DNA of 51,413 bases from a virus (lineage: Duplodnaviria > Caudoviricetes), in IMG/VR virus record IMGVR_UViG_3300012096_000002, positions 1 through 51,413 of that record; one strand, 5' to 3'. Position numbers and translations under genes: made by a program. Below are positions 8,943 to 17,127 of this stretch, one piece after another. The notes beneath the pieces are model-generated. The model searched no databases, was not told the origin of the DNA, and worked only from the letters and a program-made list of their open reading frames with translations. Positions within the stretch are counted from its first letter, which is position 1; each line of letters begins with the position of its first letter.

Positions 8943-9795
8943 AATACGAACATTAATACAAGATATCTACCATCTGGTAGGTAAACAAGAGAACTGGCTG
9001 ACAAGTGATATCGCTACTAAATTCACATCTGAACTCACACTTAAACTCCAAGGATCCTTCAGTCCGCAAAGCAGCTCTGGATTACGTCTCTCAGGTATGG
9101 GCCCAAAGTGCCCGTGTCAGCTGTGGCACTCGGTACATACCCCACTGGATGCAGAGCCACTCCCACCCTGGGCCAGGATCAAATACACCTACGGACACAT
9201 ACTTGAAAGTCTTGTAATCGCAATGGCTAAGGCAGCCGGACATGAGGTAACAGGAGAACAAGATGCTGTATCTGTTGATGGGATCATCGGCCACAGAGAT
9301 TGTGTTATTGACGGGTACGTCGTTGACGTTAAGTCTGCTAGCAGCCGTGCTTTCCAAAAGTTCAAGGATGGTTCAATCGCATCCGATGATGGCTTTGGCT
9401 ATCTTGATCAACTTGATGGGTATCTTGTGGGGTCCACAGATGATCCACTGGTAAGATTTAAAGATAAAGGTTATCTATTAGCAATCGACAAACAATTAGG
9501 ACATATGTGTTTACATGAGCATACTTCGCGCCCGCAAAGCATTAGAGAAAGAATTCGAGATTATAGAACTATCGTCGCTCTTAATAGAGCTCCGAGCTGT
9601 ACTTGCGAAGAAGTACCCGAAGGAAAGTCCGGAAACTATCGCCTGGGCATTAGAGCAAGCTACAATGCGTTTAAGTACCAGTGTAAGCCACAGCTTCGAA
9701 CCTTCCTCTATTCAGATGGACCAAGATACCTAACTAAAGTAGTCAGGAAGCCTGATGTACCAGAAATAGATAGGCATGGAAGAATAGTTTATTGA
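8935..9795 (+). CDS. PD-(D/E)XK exonuclease (Cas4/lambda-exo-like)
   Basis: YGHILE, GHRDCVIDGYVVDVKS, YLDQLDGY. Confidence 0.8.
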   Translation: MTEIRTLIQDIYHLVGKQENWLTSDIATKFTSELTLKLQGSFSPQSSSGLRLSGMGPKCPCQLWHSVHTPLDAEPLPPWARIKYTYGHILESLVIAMAKAAGHEVTGEQDAVSVDGIIGHRDCVIDGYVVDVKSASSRAFQKFKDGSIASDDGFGYLDQLDGYLVGSTDDPLVRFKDKGYLLAIDKQLGHMCLHEHTSRPQSIRERIRDYRTIVALNRAPSCTCEEVPEGKSGNYRLGIRASYNAFKYQCKPQLRTFLYSDGPRYLTKVVRKPDVPEIDRHGRIVY

Positions 9796-10502
9796 TTATA
9801 AGACCATTGTTTAGTTTTTATGGCGCTAAGTTTAGAGCATCTAAATATTATCCTCAACCTAAGTACAATAAAATAATAGAACCTTTTGCAGGATCAGGTT
9901 GTTATTCCCTACGATATTGGAAAAACCACGATGTCTTATTAAATGAAATCGACCCTGTGATATATGAATTGTGGAGATTATTGATTAATATTTCTTCCCA
10001 CACAGTGTTACATTTACCAGATGAAATAAGTGATCTATATGAAAAAGATCCTATGCGATCTCTAATTGGATTTTGGTATAATAAAGGTCAAGTCAAACCG
10101 ACAACTACTAAATGTAAATGGATGGTAGGAAAAGACTCCAAAGGAAGAAACTGGAAAGATCAATTTTGGGGAGACCGTGTGCGTAAACGAATAGCAAACA
10201 ATCTCCATGCAATAAGAAGGTTTCAGATAACTAACAAAGATTACTCAGAATTAGAAAATGAAGAAGCAACTTGGTTTATAGATCCTCCTTATAAAAAGAA
10301 AGGAACTCATTACATCTACAATGAAATAGATTATGATCACCTAGGTAAATGGTGTCTGGAAAGAAAAGGACAAATAATTGTCTGTGAACAAGAAGGCGCA
10401 GATTGGTTAGATTTTAAACCATTTAGAAAATTAAGAGCGTTGAAGAAGGAATATAGTAATGAAGTATGCTATGGAAGAGAAAACAGTCAAAGAATTAATT
10501 GA
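9792..10502 (+). CDS. Dam/D12-class DNA adenine methyltransferase
   Basis: FYGAK, IEPFAGSG (SAM binding), FIDPPY (catalytic). Confidence 0.88.
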   Translation: MIIRPLFSFYGAKFRASKYYPQPKYNKIIEPFAGSGCYSLRYWKNHDVLLNEIDPVIYELWRLLINISSHTVLHLPDEISDLYEKDPMRSLIGFWYNKGQVKPTTTKCKWMVGKDSKGRNWKDQFWGDRVRKRIANNLHAIRRFQITNKDYSELENEEATWFIDPPYKKKGTHYIYNEIDYDHLGKWCLERKGQIIVCEQEGADWLDFKPFRKLRALKKEYSNEVCYGRENSQRIN

Positions 10503-10737
10503 CGCATATCTATCTATAGACGATAGAATGTACAATGCCAGTGTTATCTATGGTCCTAATACATACGATCGTCTTGAAGAACAAGCAAATGTAGAACCAC
10601 ATTCCGGTTCTAATTCAGGTAAAAATCTAATTGAGAGAGGTCTTTGGGAAATAGTCGGATACGGTCCTACTTCAAGAAATGCAGATGCAGCTATCTTCGC
10701 ACCTATTGATCCTAATTATTATATAACGAGAGACTAG
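10474..10737 (+). CDS. Hypothetical protein
   Basis: ORF between methylase and endonuclease; start uncertain (10459 or 10471). Confidence 0.55.
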   Translation, partial: EEKTVKELIDAYLSIDDRMYNASVIYGPNTYDRLEEQANVEPHSGSNSGKNLIERGLWEIVGYGPTSRNADAAIFAPIDPNYYITRD

Positions 10738-10768
10738 ACAGGTCTTTGGAAACCATGTATAATTAAGC

Positions 10769-11101
10769 ATGCCTCGTAATAAATTCGAAGCCAGGATCTA
10801 TGCTTGGCTCAAGCACAAGAAGATTAAGTTTAAGTATGAGTCAGAAAAGATTCCTTACCTCATCGCAGGTCACTACATACCTGACTTCATTATCACTACC
10901 CACACAGGTAAGATCTATGTCGAAACCAAAGGACACTTCAGACCCGAAGCTAAACGTAAGATGGCAGCTGTCAAGAAGCTTAATCCCATGCTTGATATTA
11001 GGATACTCTTCTACTCATACAGCAAATCCAGTGTTAAGTGGTGTGTTAAGTATAACTTCCCGTATGCTATAGGAGACATCCCCAATGAATGGTTGGCTTG
11101 A
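10769..11101 (+). CDS. T7 endonuclease I-like Holliday junction resolvase
   Basis: RNKFE..YE..YIPDF..YVETKG..LDIRILF..WC.KYNF. Confidence 0.9.
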   Translation: MPRNKFEARIYAWLKHKKIKFKYESEKIPYLIAGHYIPDFIITTHTGKIYVETKGHFRPEAKRKMAAVKKLNPMLDIRILFYSYSKSSVKWCVKYNFPYAIGDIPNEWLA

Positions 11102-11176
11102 AGGTTTAGTCTGGTTCATCTTCGGAGCAGCTTTTATGTTGCTTGTTCTACTCATAGTAGGAATATATTCAATTAC

Positions 11177-11320
11177 GTGAACTTAACTACTCTGCTTGAT
11201 GTCTATACCTTGGAAGAGATACTTGAATTGAACGACAAGACTCCTGAAGACTGCTTAGAATTCCTCGTTGAAGAGAAGTTTGTGAAGTTACCTAACATCA
11301 AACCCTTGGATTTTGATTAA
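11177..11320 (+). CDS. Small acidic hypothetical protein (47 aa, not in track)
   Basis: GTGA coupling; MNLTTLLDVYTLEEILELNDKTPEDCLEFLVEEKF. Confidence 0.55.
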   Translation: MNLTTLLDVYTLEEILELNDKTPEDCLEFLVEEKFVKLPNIKPLDFD

Positions 11321-11458
11321 TGCTTAGAGCTATTAAATTAAATCCCAAACATCCTGACTCCATAAGAGTTGTGGGTAGTGTATTAAAGAATATTGGATTA
11401 ATTCAAATAGAAGATATTCAACTTCTAATTGATGGTTCTATTGAAATTGTAATATCTA

Positions 11459-11650
11459 ATGATCAAACATCCCAGCAGCCGAGCTGAGAGGCTACGTCTC
11501 AAACACTTAAAGGATACTTTTGAACCTAAATCTACCCGATCCTCTTATGTTCGAAAGAGCAAGGAGGCTATCGAAGAAAAGGAACTCGAAGATGAGCTTA
11601 GGATCCAAGTATCTGGCTCGCAAGAGGAAACAGAATTCTCAGCCCATTAA
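11459..11650 (+). CDS. Hypothetical protein
   Basis: 63-aa ORF, TAATG coupling. Confidence 0.55.
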   Translation: MIKHPSSRAERLRLKHLKDTFEPKSTRSSYVRKSKEAIEEKELEDELRIQVSGSQEETEFSAH

Positions 11651-11840
11651 GACTGAGATATCTCTCGCTAACGTAGGTGATGGTATCATGCCTATGTTAT
11701 ACACAACCAATATTTTAAAGCCTAAAGATGAAGTCTTGGAAATTGACTTCGACTGGCATAACATTAAGGACAATATCTGTCCCATTACTATCTATGTAAA
11801 AGGAGCATCCAAGACTAAGATGAACGACAATAGTGGCTAG
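11592..11840 (+). CDS. Hypothetical protein
   Basis: AAGGA RBS before internal ATG (MSLGSKYLARKRK) of track ORF 11520..11840. Confidence 0.55.
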   Translation: MSLGSKYLARKRKQNSQPIKTEISLANVGDGIMPMLYTTNILKPKDEVLEIDFDWHNIKDNICPITIYVKGASKTKMNDNSG

Positions 11841-12081
11841 CAGAAACTACCCGAAAGAAACTAAGTATGAAGAGGCTCCTACGCAGGTTAGGCGTCGAGA
11901 AGCTCGGAATAGAGCCCGTCGAAAAGCACTCAAGGCAGGACGAGTTCACAAAGGAGACTCCCTCGAACTTGACCACGTTGGATACCATAGGACTGGTTCT
12001 CTTGACCGTATTCCCACTCGTGTTGTTAGCAAGCATTATAACCTCGCTAGACAACCACCAACAAAAGGAAGAAGGAAATGA
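11833..12081 (+). CDS. Small HNH-type protein (T7 gp7.7-like)
   Basis: RN.ARRK..K.G.VHKGD..ELDH..RVVS..N. Confidence 0.7.
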   Translation: MASRNYPKETKYEEAPTQVRRREARNRARRKALKAGRVHKGDSLELDHVGYHRTGSLDRIPTRVVSKHYNLARQPPTKGRRK

Positions 12082-12251
12082 ATGAAATCCTTCCAGATAA
12101 CACCGTGGCATTGGATCACTTCGTCCTTGGTCTCGATGATGAAGGCAATGAAGTTAAGATTAAGATCGATGAAGCCGGTGAACTCCACTACTTCCAGGAC
12201 ATTGAAGATGAGGATAGCTTCAAAGATGAAGCAGAAATCCTTGTCCACTAA
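12078..12251 (+). CDS. Small highly acidic protein (57 aa, not in track)
   Basis: ATGA coupling; MNEILPDNTVALDHF...DIEDEDSFKDEAEILVH; 18 D/E vs 3 K. Confidence 0.7.
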   Translation: MNEILPDNTVALDHFVLGLDDEGNEVKIKIDEAGELHYFQDIEDEDSFKDEAEILVH

Positions 12252-12287
12252 CTCCAGTGGTATCCTCCCTTGAGCCACTGGTAAACT

Positions 12288-12325
12288 GACCCCGGTTCCG
12301 CTAACGCAGGCCGGGGTCCTTTTTT
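12288..12325 (+). terminator. Intrinsic terminator
   Basis: gaccccgg...ccggggtc followed by ctttttt. Confidence 0.8.
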
Positions 12326-12343
12326 GATTGTACTTACAATCTA

Positions 12344-13048
12344 TTGGAATATATAATGAATAAATCTGATGCTAGAGTTTGGTATAACTATACGTTTACT
12401 GGCAATAAATATATAATTGAATTTGAGGATTATTATAAAACCTATGAAGAATGGTTTGATAAAAATATACTTGATTATAAATGCTACTTAGCACCTATTG
12501 AAGAAACGCAGGTCGATTCGGTGCCCTGCCAAGAAGGGAATAATCCCATGTATATCGAAGATATGGTTTGCACTCATCCGGTAAAGAAGTGCCCTCAGGC
12601 TTCTGCTGCCTCTGTGATCCAGGTGGTCACTGAGGCCAAGCCTGATACTGCTACTGACCAGCGTAAGTATCTTGCTGCTCGTGCTCACGACATCCGGTAC
12701 GCCAAGTTTGAAGAGCTGCGAGATATGTTCTTCATCAATGAGCCGGCTGGTCCGAAGAGTGTTGCTGAGTTGAAAGAGCGTCTGAAGAAGGGCCTCTTCA
12801 CAATCGAGAAGCAGAAGTACTCGGACTACGAAGATGATGAGGAGCATGACAATTTCTACTGGCGTGATGCCTTCTCTTGGCGGACACCAGAGACTCAGAA
12901 GGATGAGAAAAGTCACAATGCTGCCTACAAAGAATTGATGAAATTCTATGAGGACATCATTGACCAGATCAAGATCCTTGAACCCAAGGAAGGTCTGGCT
13001 CTGCTGGATGATCTGAAGAAGTGGAAACCGTCGAAGGCTAAGAAGTAA
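12344..13048 (+). CDS. Hypothetical protein; likely main start at in-frame ATG 12548
   Basis: GAAGGGAATAATCCC-ATG RBS at 12548; 5' part is much more AT-rich. Confidence 0.7.
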   Translation: MEYIMNKSDARVWYNYTFTGNKYIIEFEDYYKTYEEWFDKNILDYKCYLAPIEETQVDSVPCQEGNNPMYIEDMVCTHPVKKCPQASAASVIQVVTEAKPDTATDQRKYLAARAHDIRYAKFEELRDMFFINEPAGPKSVAELKERLKKGLFTIEKQKYSDYEDDEEHDNFYWRDAFSWRTPETQKDEKSHNAAYKELMKFYEDIIDQIKILEPKEGLALLDDLKKWKPSKAKK

Positions 13049-13110
13049 TTTCCTGGCTTAATGTAAACCAGGGTTGGTGGAAGGTACACCAACTGGAGTA
13101 AGTACCGACT

Positions 13111-13151
13111 AAAAGAACCCCGTAGGGATTGTTTCCTTACGGGGTTTTTTT
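13111..13151. terminator. Bidirectional intrinsic terminator between convergent genome arms
   Basis: aaaagaaccccgtaggg...ccttacggggttttttt. Confidence 0.9.
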
Positions 13152-13186
13152 ATGTCTTGTTGAAATTTAATTCATTATGATAGGTT

Positions 13187-14953
13187 TTACTCTTCAGAAG
13201 AAGGGGGAAAGAGTTCAAAATATTGCTTTACAAGTTTCTTATATCTAGCATGTTCGAAGTCAGATACTTGATCTTTAGAAGATATTTTATTCATCTCATC
13301 TCTGATAGCATCCCCTTTCTTAAGCTTACCTGCTAATTCATTCCAAGCTTTATCTACATCAACTCCACCTGTACCAAGATCTAAGTTCTTATTATCATTA
13401 GCAGCACGTCTAAAGTTAATAGGCTCACTCTTACTCTTAATCATCTGTCCAGTAATAGGATCCTCTACGCCATAAGCAGTGGCAAGCGCCGACTTACTAG
13501 TAGGTATTTGTTGTTCAGGAGGAATATCTTCTCCACCAAGCTCTTTTAGAGTACCTTTTGGAGGCAGAATACGACGTTGATGTAGAGTCATATGGAGTCT
13601 ATTCGCTACATTCCTAGCTTCAACTTCTCCTGCTAGCCTAAGATAATAATCATGAGCTTCCTTATCGCCAGCTGTCTGATATTTCTGATACTTAGCAGCA
13701 ACGTCAGTTATATAATCCATATCGTTTAGATCTTTATCAGTTAAACCCAATGCTCCCTTCTTCGCGTACTTTGCGTTTATATCATCCATCCTACCTCTAG
13801 CCCATTTAAGGTGCTCTTGCATAGCCTTATCTAATTTAAGATTATATTCTACTCCAGCTGTACCAGGTGCACCACCTTTAGCAAATCCTTCTATATCTTG
13901 GATAACATGTTGTACTTCATGCATCAATGTACCTTTATTCTGCGCAGCTTCAGATCCCACTCTTATAGTCTTATTAGCAGCATCCCATTCAGCTCCTGCG
14001 CTAGGATACTTAGGATCATGTACAACTCTTATATCTTGTAGTTGAGGATAAGCTTTATAGAGTTCAGGATGATCTAAAACTTTAGTTAAAGCAGATGTTT
14101 GCTCCCCTGTGGCAGAGTTAACTCTAGCATTGTCTTTCCAATCTGTGTTTAAAATAGACTTACTGTCATCTATCTCATATCTCCACTTACCTTCAGAGCC
14201 CTTACCAAAACCTGTCTTCCTCCATATACTCTTATCAAGCTGACCTTCTCCAGCCATCCGCATAGCATCCATTAATTTATCTGTATTTATGGTAGCACTC
14301 TTTACCCCAGCCATAGTGCCTGGACCTGCAGAGAGACCTATATTAATAGATTTATCTATATCTTCAGGAGTAATAGTTATCCAAGGATTGACATATGTAG
14401 CACCAGGAGGAACATAAGTCTTACCTAATATAGCTGGCTTTCCATTCTCATCAACCCAATGCCCTGCTAAATCAGGTCTATCTTTAGCATACATACTTTG
14501 ATCGGAGAACGTAGGATGATTTGGTTTCTTATAAACATCAGACCAATGTCCAGTTTCACCAGGTTGTTCTCCAGCTTTGAAAGCACCTCTAAAATCGTAG
14601 TCTTCTCCTGAATCCTTAGGAGCATTCTGTTGTTTCCAAGTTTGAAACTTTATCTCCTCTTCAGAACTTAATTTAGTCTCGTACTGTTTCCCCGGTATAT
14701 TGGTACCCCCAGATGATTTTAACGCACCAGTGGGCTCCGTAGGGCTTCCTACAGGCATTGTACGATAGACATTAAGTCTTGGAATAGCATCAAATCTATT
14801 CTGAAAGCTACCTGCCTTCTCATTCTCTTGAATCTGATTACGATCTGACTTCTCTTTAGCAGTCAGAGGTAATAGAGCCTGAGGTTTATTTTGATCTACT
14901 AATAGTTCACCTTCATCTTGATAGTAAACACCTGAACTAGAACCGATAGGCAT
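13187..14953 (-). CDS. Polyvalent internal virion protein with LPD23-like and zincin metallopeptidase regions
   Basis: IWRKTGFGKGSEGKWRYEIDDS, L..VLDHPELYKAYPQL, LMHEVQHVIQ.IEGFAKGG, YLRLAGEVEARNV; last gene of ejection cassette. Confidence 0.75.
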   Translation of the reverse strand: MPIGSSSGVYYQDEGELLVDQNKPQALLPLTAKEKSDRNQIQENEKAGSFQNRFDAIPRLNVYRTMPVGSPTEPTGALKSSGGTNIPGKQYETKLSSEEEIKFQTWKQQNAPKDSGEDYDFRGAFKAGEQPGETGHWSDVYKKPNHPTFSDQSMYAKDRPDLAGHWVDENGKPAILGKTYVPPGATYVNPWITITPEDIDKSINIGLSAGPGTMAGVKSATINTDKLMDAMRMAGEGQLDKSIWRKTGFGKGSEGKWRYEIDDSKSILNTDWKDNARVNSATGEQTSALTKVLDHPELYKAYPQLQDIRVVHDPKYPSAGAEWDAANKTIRVGSEAAQNKGTLMHEVQHVIQDIEGFAKGGAPGTAGVEYNLKLDKAMQEHLKWARGRMDDINAKYAKKGALGLTDKDLNDMDYITDVAAKYQKYQTAGDKEAHDYYLRLAGEVEARNVANRLHMTLHQRRILPPKGTLKELGGEDIPPEQQIPTSKSALATAYGVEDPITGQMIKSKSEPINFRRAANDNKNLDLGTGGVDVDKAWNELAGKLKKGDAIRDEMNKISSKDQVSDFEHARYKKLVKQYFELFPPSSEE

Positions 14954-17127
14954 TACTGTTTCCTATTGGGGTAGGAAGAATTGAAACGATCTTCAAAGGT
15001 ATCTTCCAATGTCTTTAGAGATCTAGTCTTATCATGTGAAGATATAATAGCTGTCTTCATAGGTTCAGTAATAGATTGAGTAGCTGGGTCAGCATTATTC
15101 AAGACTTCTAAGATATACCTACTTGTATTACCACCATCCTTATCTTGGATATTACTTAACTGAGCTAGAGCACCATCAACTCTACGAATATACTTATTCA
15201 TATTATCAATGTAAGGATTGCGAGAAGGATTAGGTAATTCTAAGAATTGATTACGATCGTTATCCCAATGAATATCGAAGTTACCTCCCCTACCAGCTAC
15301 CGCAGCTTCAGCAGCAGTTGGTTTCAAAGTAGCATTTGCTGCAGATCTCTCTTGAAATTGTTTATAAGCTTGAAAGGTAGAAGTCATATTATTCAGATCT
15401 TCTCTGAATAGAATTGGGAATTCATTCTCTCCCCACTTCTTCATGTTATCCCAAGCTATCCTACCATCACCACCTTGTTGCTTTAGTTTATACATACTGT
15501 CTATGATGTCAGTAGATAGCATACGATCAAAGGCAGAATACTTACCAGGAACATACTGTCCCTTCTGATTAGTATAGTCCATCTTAATCTCATCCATTAC
15601 ACCCCAGTTATTAGGAGCAAAGGCATACTTAGCTACATTAAGCTTAACATCATCAGGAGCTTTAGGATCAGCTAGTATCTTAGGAACCATCAGATAGTTA
15701 TCAATTAGACGAGTCTTAGGATCAACATTTGCTTTCTTAGCTTGTTGAATATCTTCTTTAAGACTAGCAGGATGCAACGGATCTATTTGAGAAGCAGCAT
15801 TAGCTAACTTACCTTGCATTATAGGAATAAGATCCTTGTCTAGATTATTTAACAGACCTTGTTTAAGCATTGCATCGCCCCAATTAGGAGCAATCTTATA
15901 TAAAGCGCCTAGTGCTTGCAGTTGTGTACCAACCTTAGGATCATTATATAGATTTAAATTATTCTTCTCATCAATAGACTGCGTTACTCTGGAAGCTGTA
16001 TGGGCAAAGCCTAACTTCTCATCTCCGATATATTTAATATACTCATCGAGAGGTTTAACCTGAGCAGTGATGTGAGACATAACTTTCTGCTCACCTATTA
16101 GACCCATAGTTGTTTGACCATTAGCATCAGGTTCATTAGCTTTACGTATTGCATTGGCAACAACATTAGCTCTTAGAGCGGTAAGACCCATTAATCCTTG
16201 TTCAAGTTTAACTGGATCTACTTTAGCACCTTCAGAATTAGCTTTAGTAATAGTATCTACCAAACCTTGAGCAGTCTGAGTGCCTCCAGCTATATGAGTA
16301 ATATCAAGAGCAGCCATAGTATCACTAGCTACTATCTTAGCAAAGGATTGTTCTGTCTTAGTTTGAATATCAGATAACCTACCTTGTTCATTAGTACGGT
16401 CAGACATTTCTTGCTGACGTTCATATTCTCTAGAAGAATATTTATAGATATAACTATAAACTTGACTAGGCGATAGCTTACCAGCATCCCATAAGGCTGC
16501 TGCTACATTAGCATTAGGAATACCCTGTTTTACAGCATCTCTAACCATAGTGGTAATCTTATCATGCTCTGACTTAGCATTACCAGCATTACGATTAATA
16601 TCTTCCAACAGATTACGCATCACTGCATTAGCAGGATCAACGCCACTGACAGTCTTAATCTGTTCATCAATATAATCCCGATATCCTGGATACTGAGCAC
16701 GCATTTGCTTAGCTAAAGAGTTAAGGTTCATGGTGTAGAGAGTATCATTAAGATGACCTCCCTGAATTTGGGAAGCACCTATAGCTTTAGCTCTATCTAA
16801 TCCTGCCTGTAATCCACCTGGAACCTGAGATTGCTGAGCCTCAGCTAATGTCTGCTCTTGATCTGGTATTACATTCTGAGCATTCTTGATACCTTGATAA
16901 GCATTGATGTAGTCGTCACGTAGCTTATTAACACCAGTATCAACCTTCTCCCTTAGGAAAGACTTCTCACTAGTATCATATAACTTAGCTGCTTCCTCAA
17001 TACCTGTAGCTGCTGTACCAAGAGCTATACCAGTTGACTTATCTGACTCAGGCTGTTGGATAGGCCGAGATACTCTAGTCCAATCTGGAATAGGTACTGC
17101 AGGTACTGTAGGATCGAAGCTAGCCAT
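14953..17127 (-). CDS. Internal virion (ejection) protein
   Basis: 724-aa helical, A/Q/N-rich; position after tail genes. Confidence 0.7.
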   Translation of the reverse strand: MASFDPTVPAVPIPDWTRVSRPIQQPESDKSTGIALGTAATGIEEAAKLYDTSEKSFLREKVDTGVNKLRDDYINAYQGIKNAQNVIPDQEQTLAEAQQSQVPGGLQAGLDRAKAIGASQIQGGHLNDTLYTMNLNSLAKQMRAQYPGYRDYIDEQIKTVSGVDPANAVMRNLLEDINRNAGNAKSEHDKITTMVRDAVKQGIPNANVAAALWDAGKLSPSQVYSYIYKYSSREYERQQEMSDRTNEQGRLSDIQTKTEQSFAKIVASDTMAALDITHIAGGTQTAQGLVDTITKANSEGAKVDPVKLEQGLMGLTALRANVVANAIRKANEPDANGQTTMGLIGEQKVMSHITAQVKPLDEYIKYIGDEKLGFAHTASRVTQSIDEKNNLNLYNDPKVGTQLQALGALYKIAPNWGDAMLKQGLLNNLDKDLIPIMQGKLANAASQIDPLHPASLKEDIQQAKKANVDPKTRLIDNYLMVPKILADPKAPDDVKLNVAKYAFAPNNWGVMDEIKMDYTNQKGQYVPGKYSAFDRMLSTDIIDSMYKLKQQGGDGRIAWDNMKKWGENEFPILFREDLNNMTSTFQAYKQFQERSAANATLKPTAAEAAVAGRGGNFDIHWDNDRNQFLELPNPSRNPYIDNMNKYIRRVDGALAQLSNIQDKDGGNTSRYILEVLNNADPATQSITEPMKTAIISSHDKTRSLKTLEDTFEDRFNSSYPNRKQ

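Noticed and set aside
8935-9795. CRISPR-associated Cas4 / CRISPR array
   Set aside because: No repeat-spacer array or other cas genes; ordinary phage PD-(D/E)XK nuclease
12082-12273. Track ORF MKSFQITPWHW...
   Set aside because: Alternative frame of the better-supported acidic ORF 12078..12251
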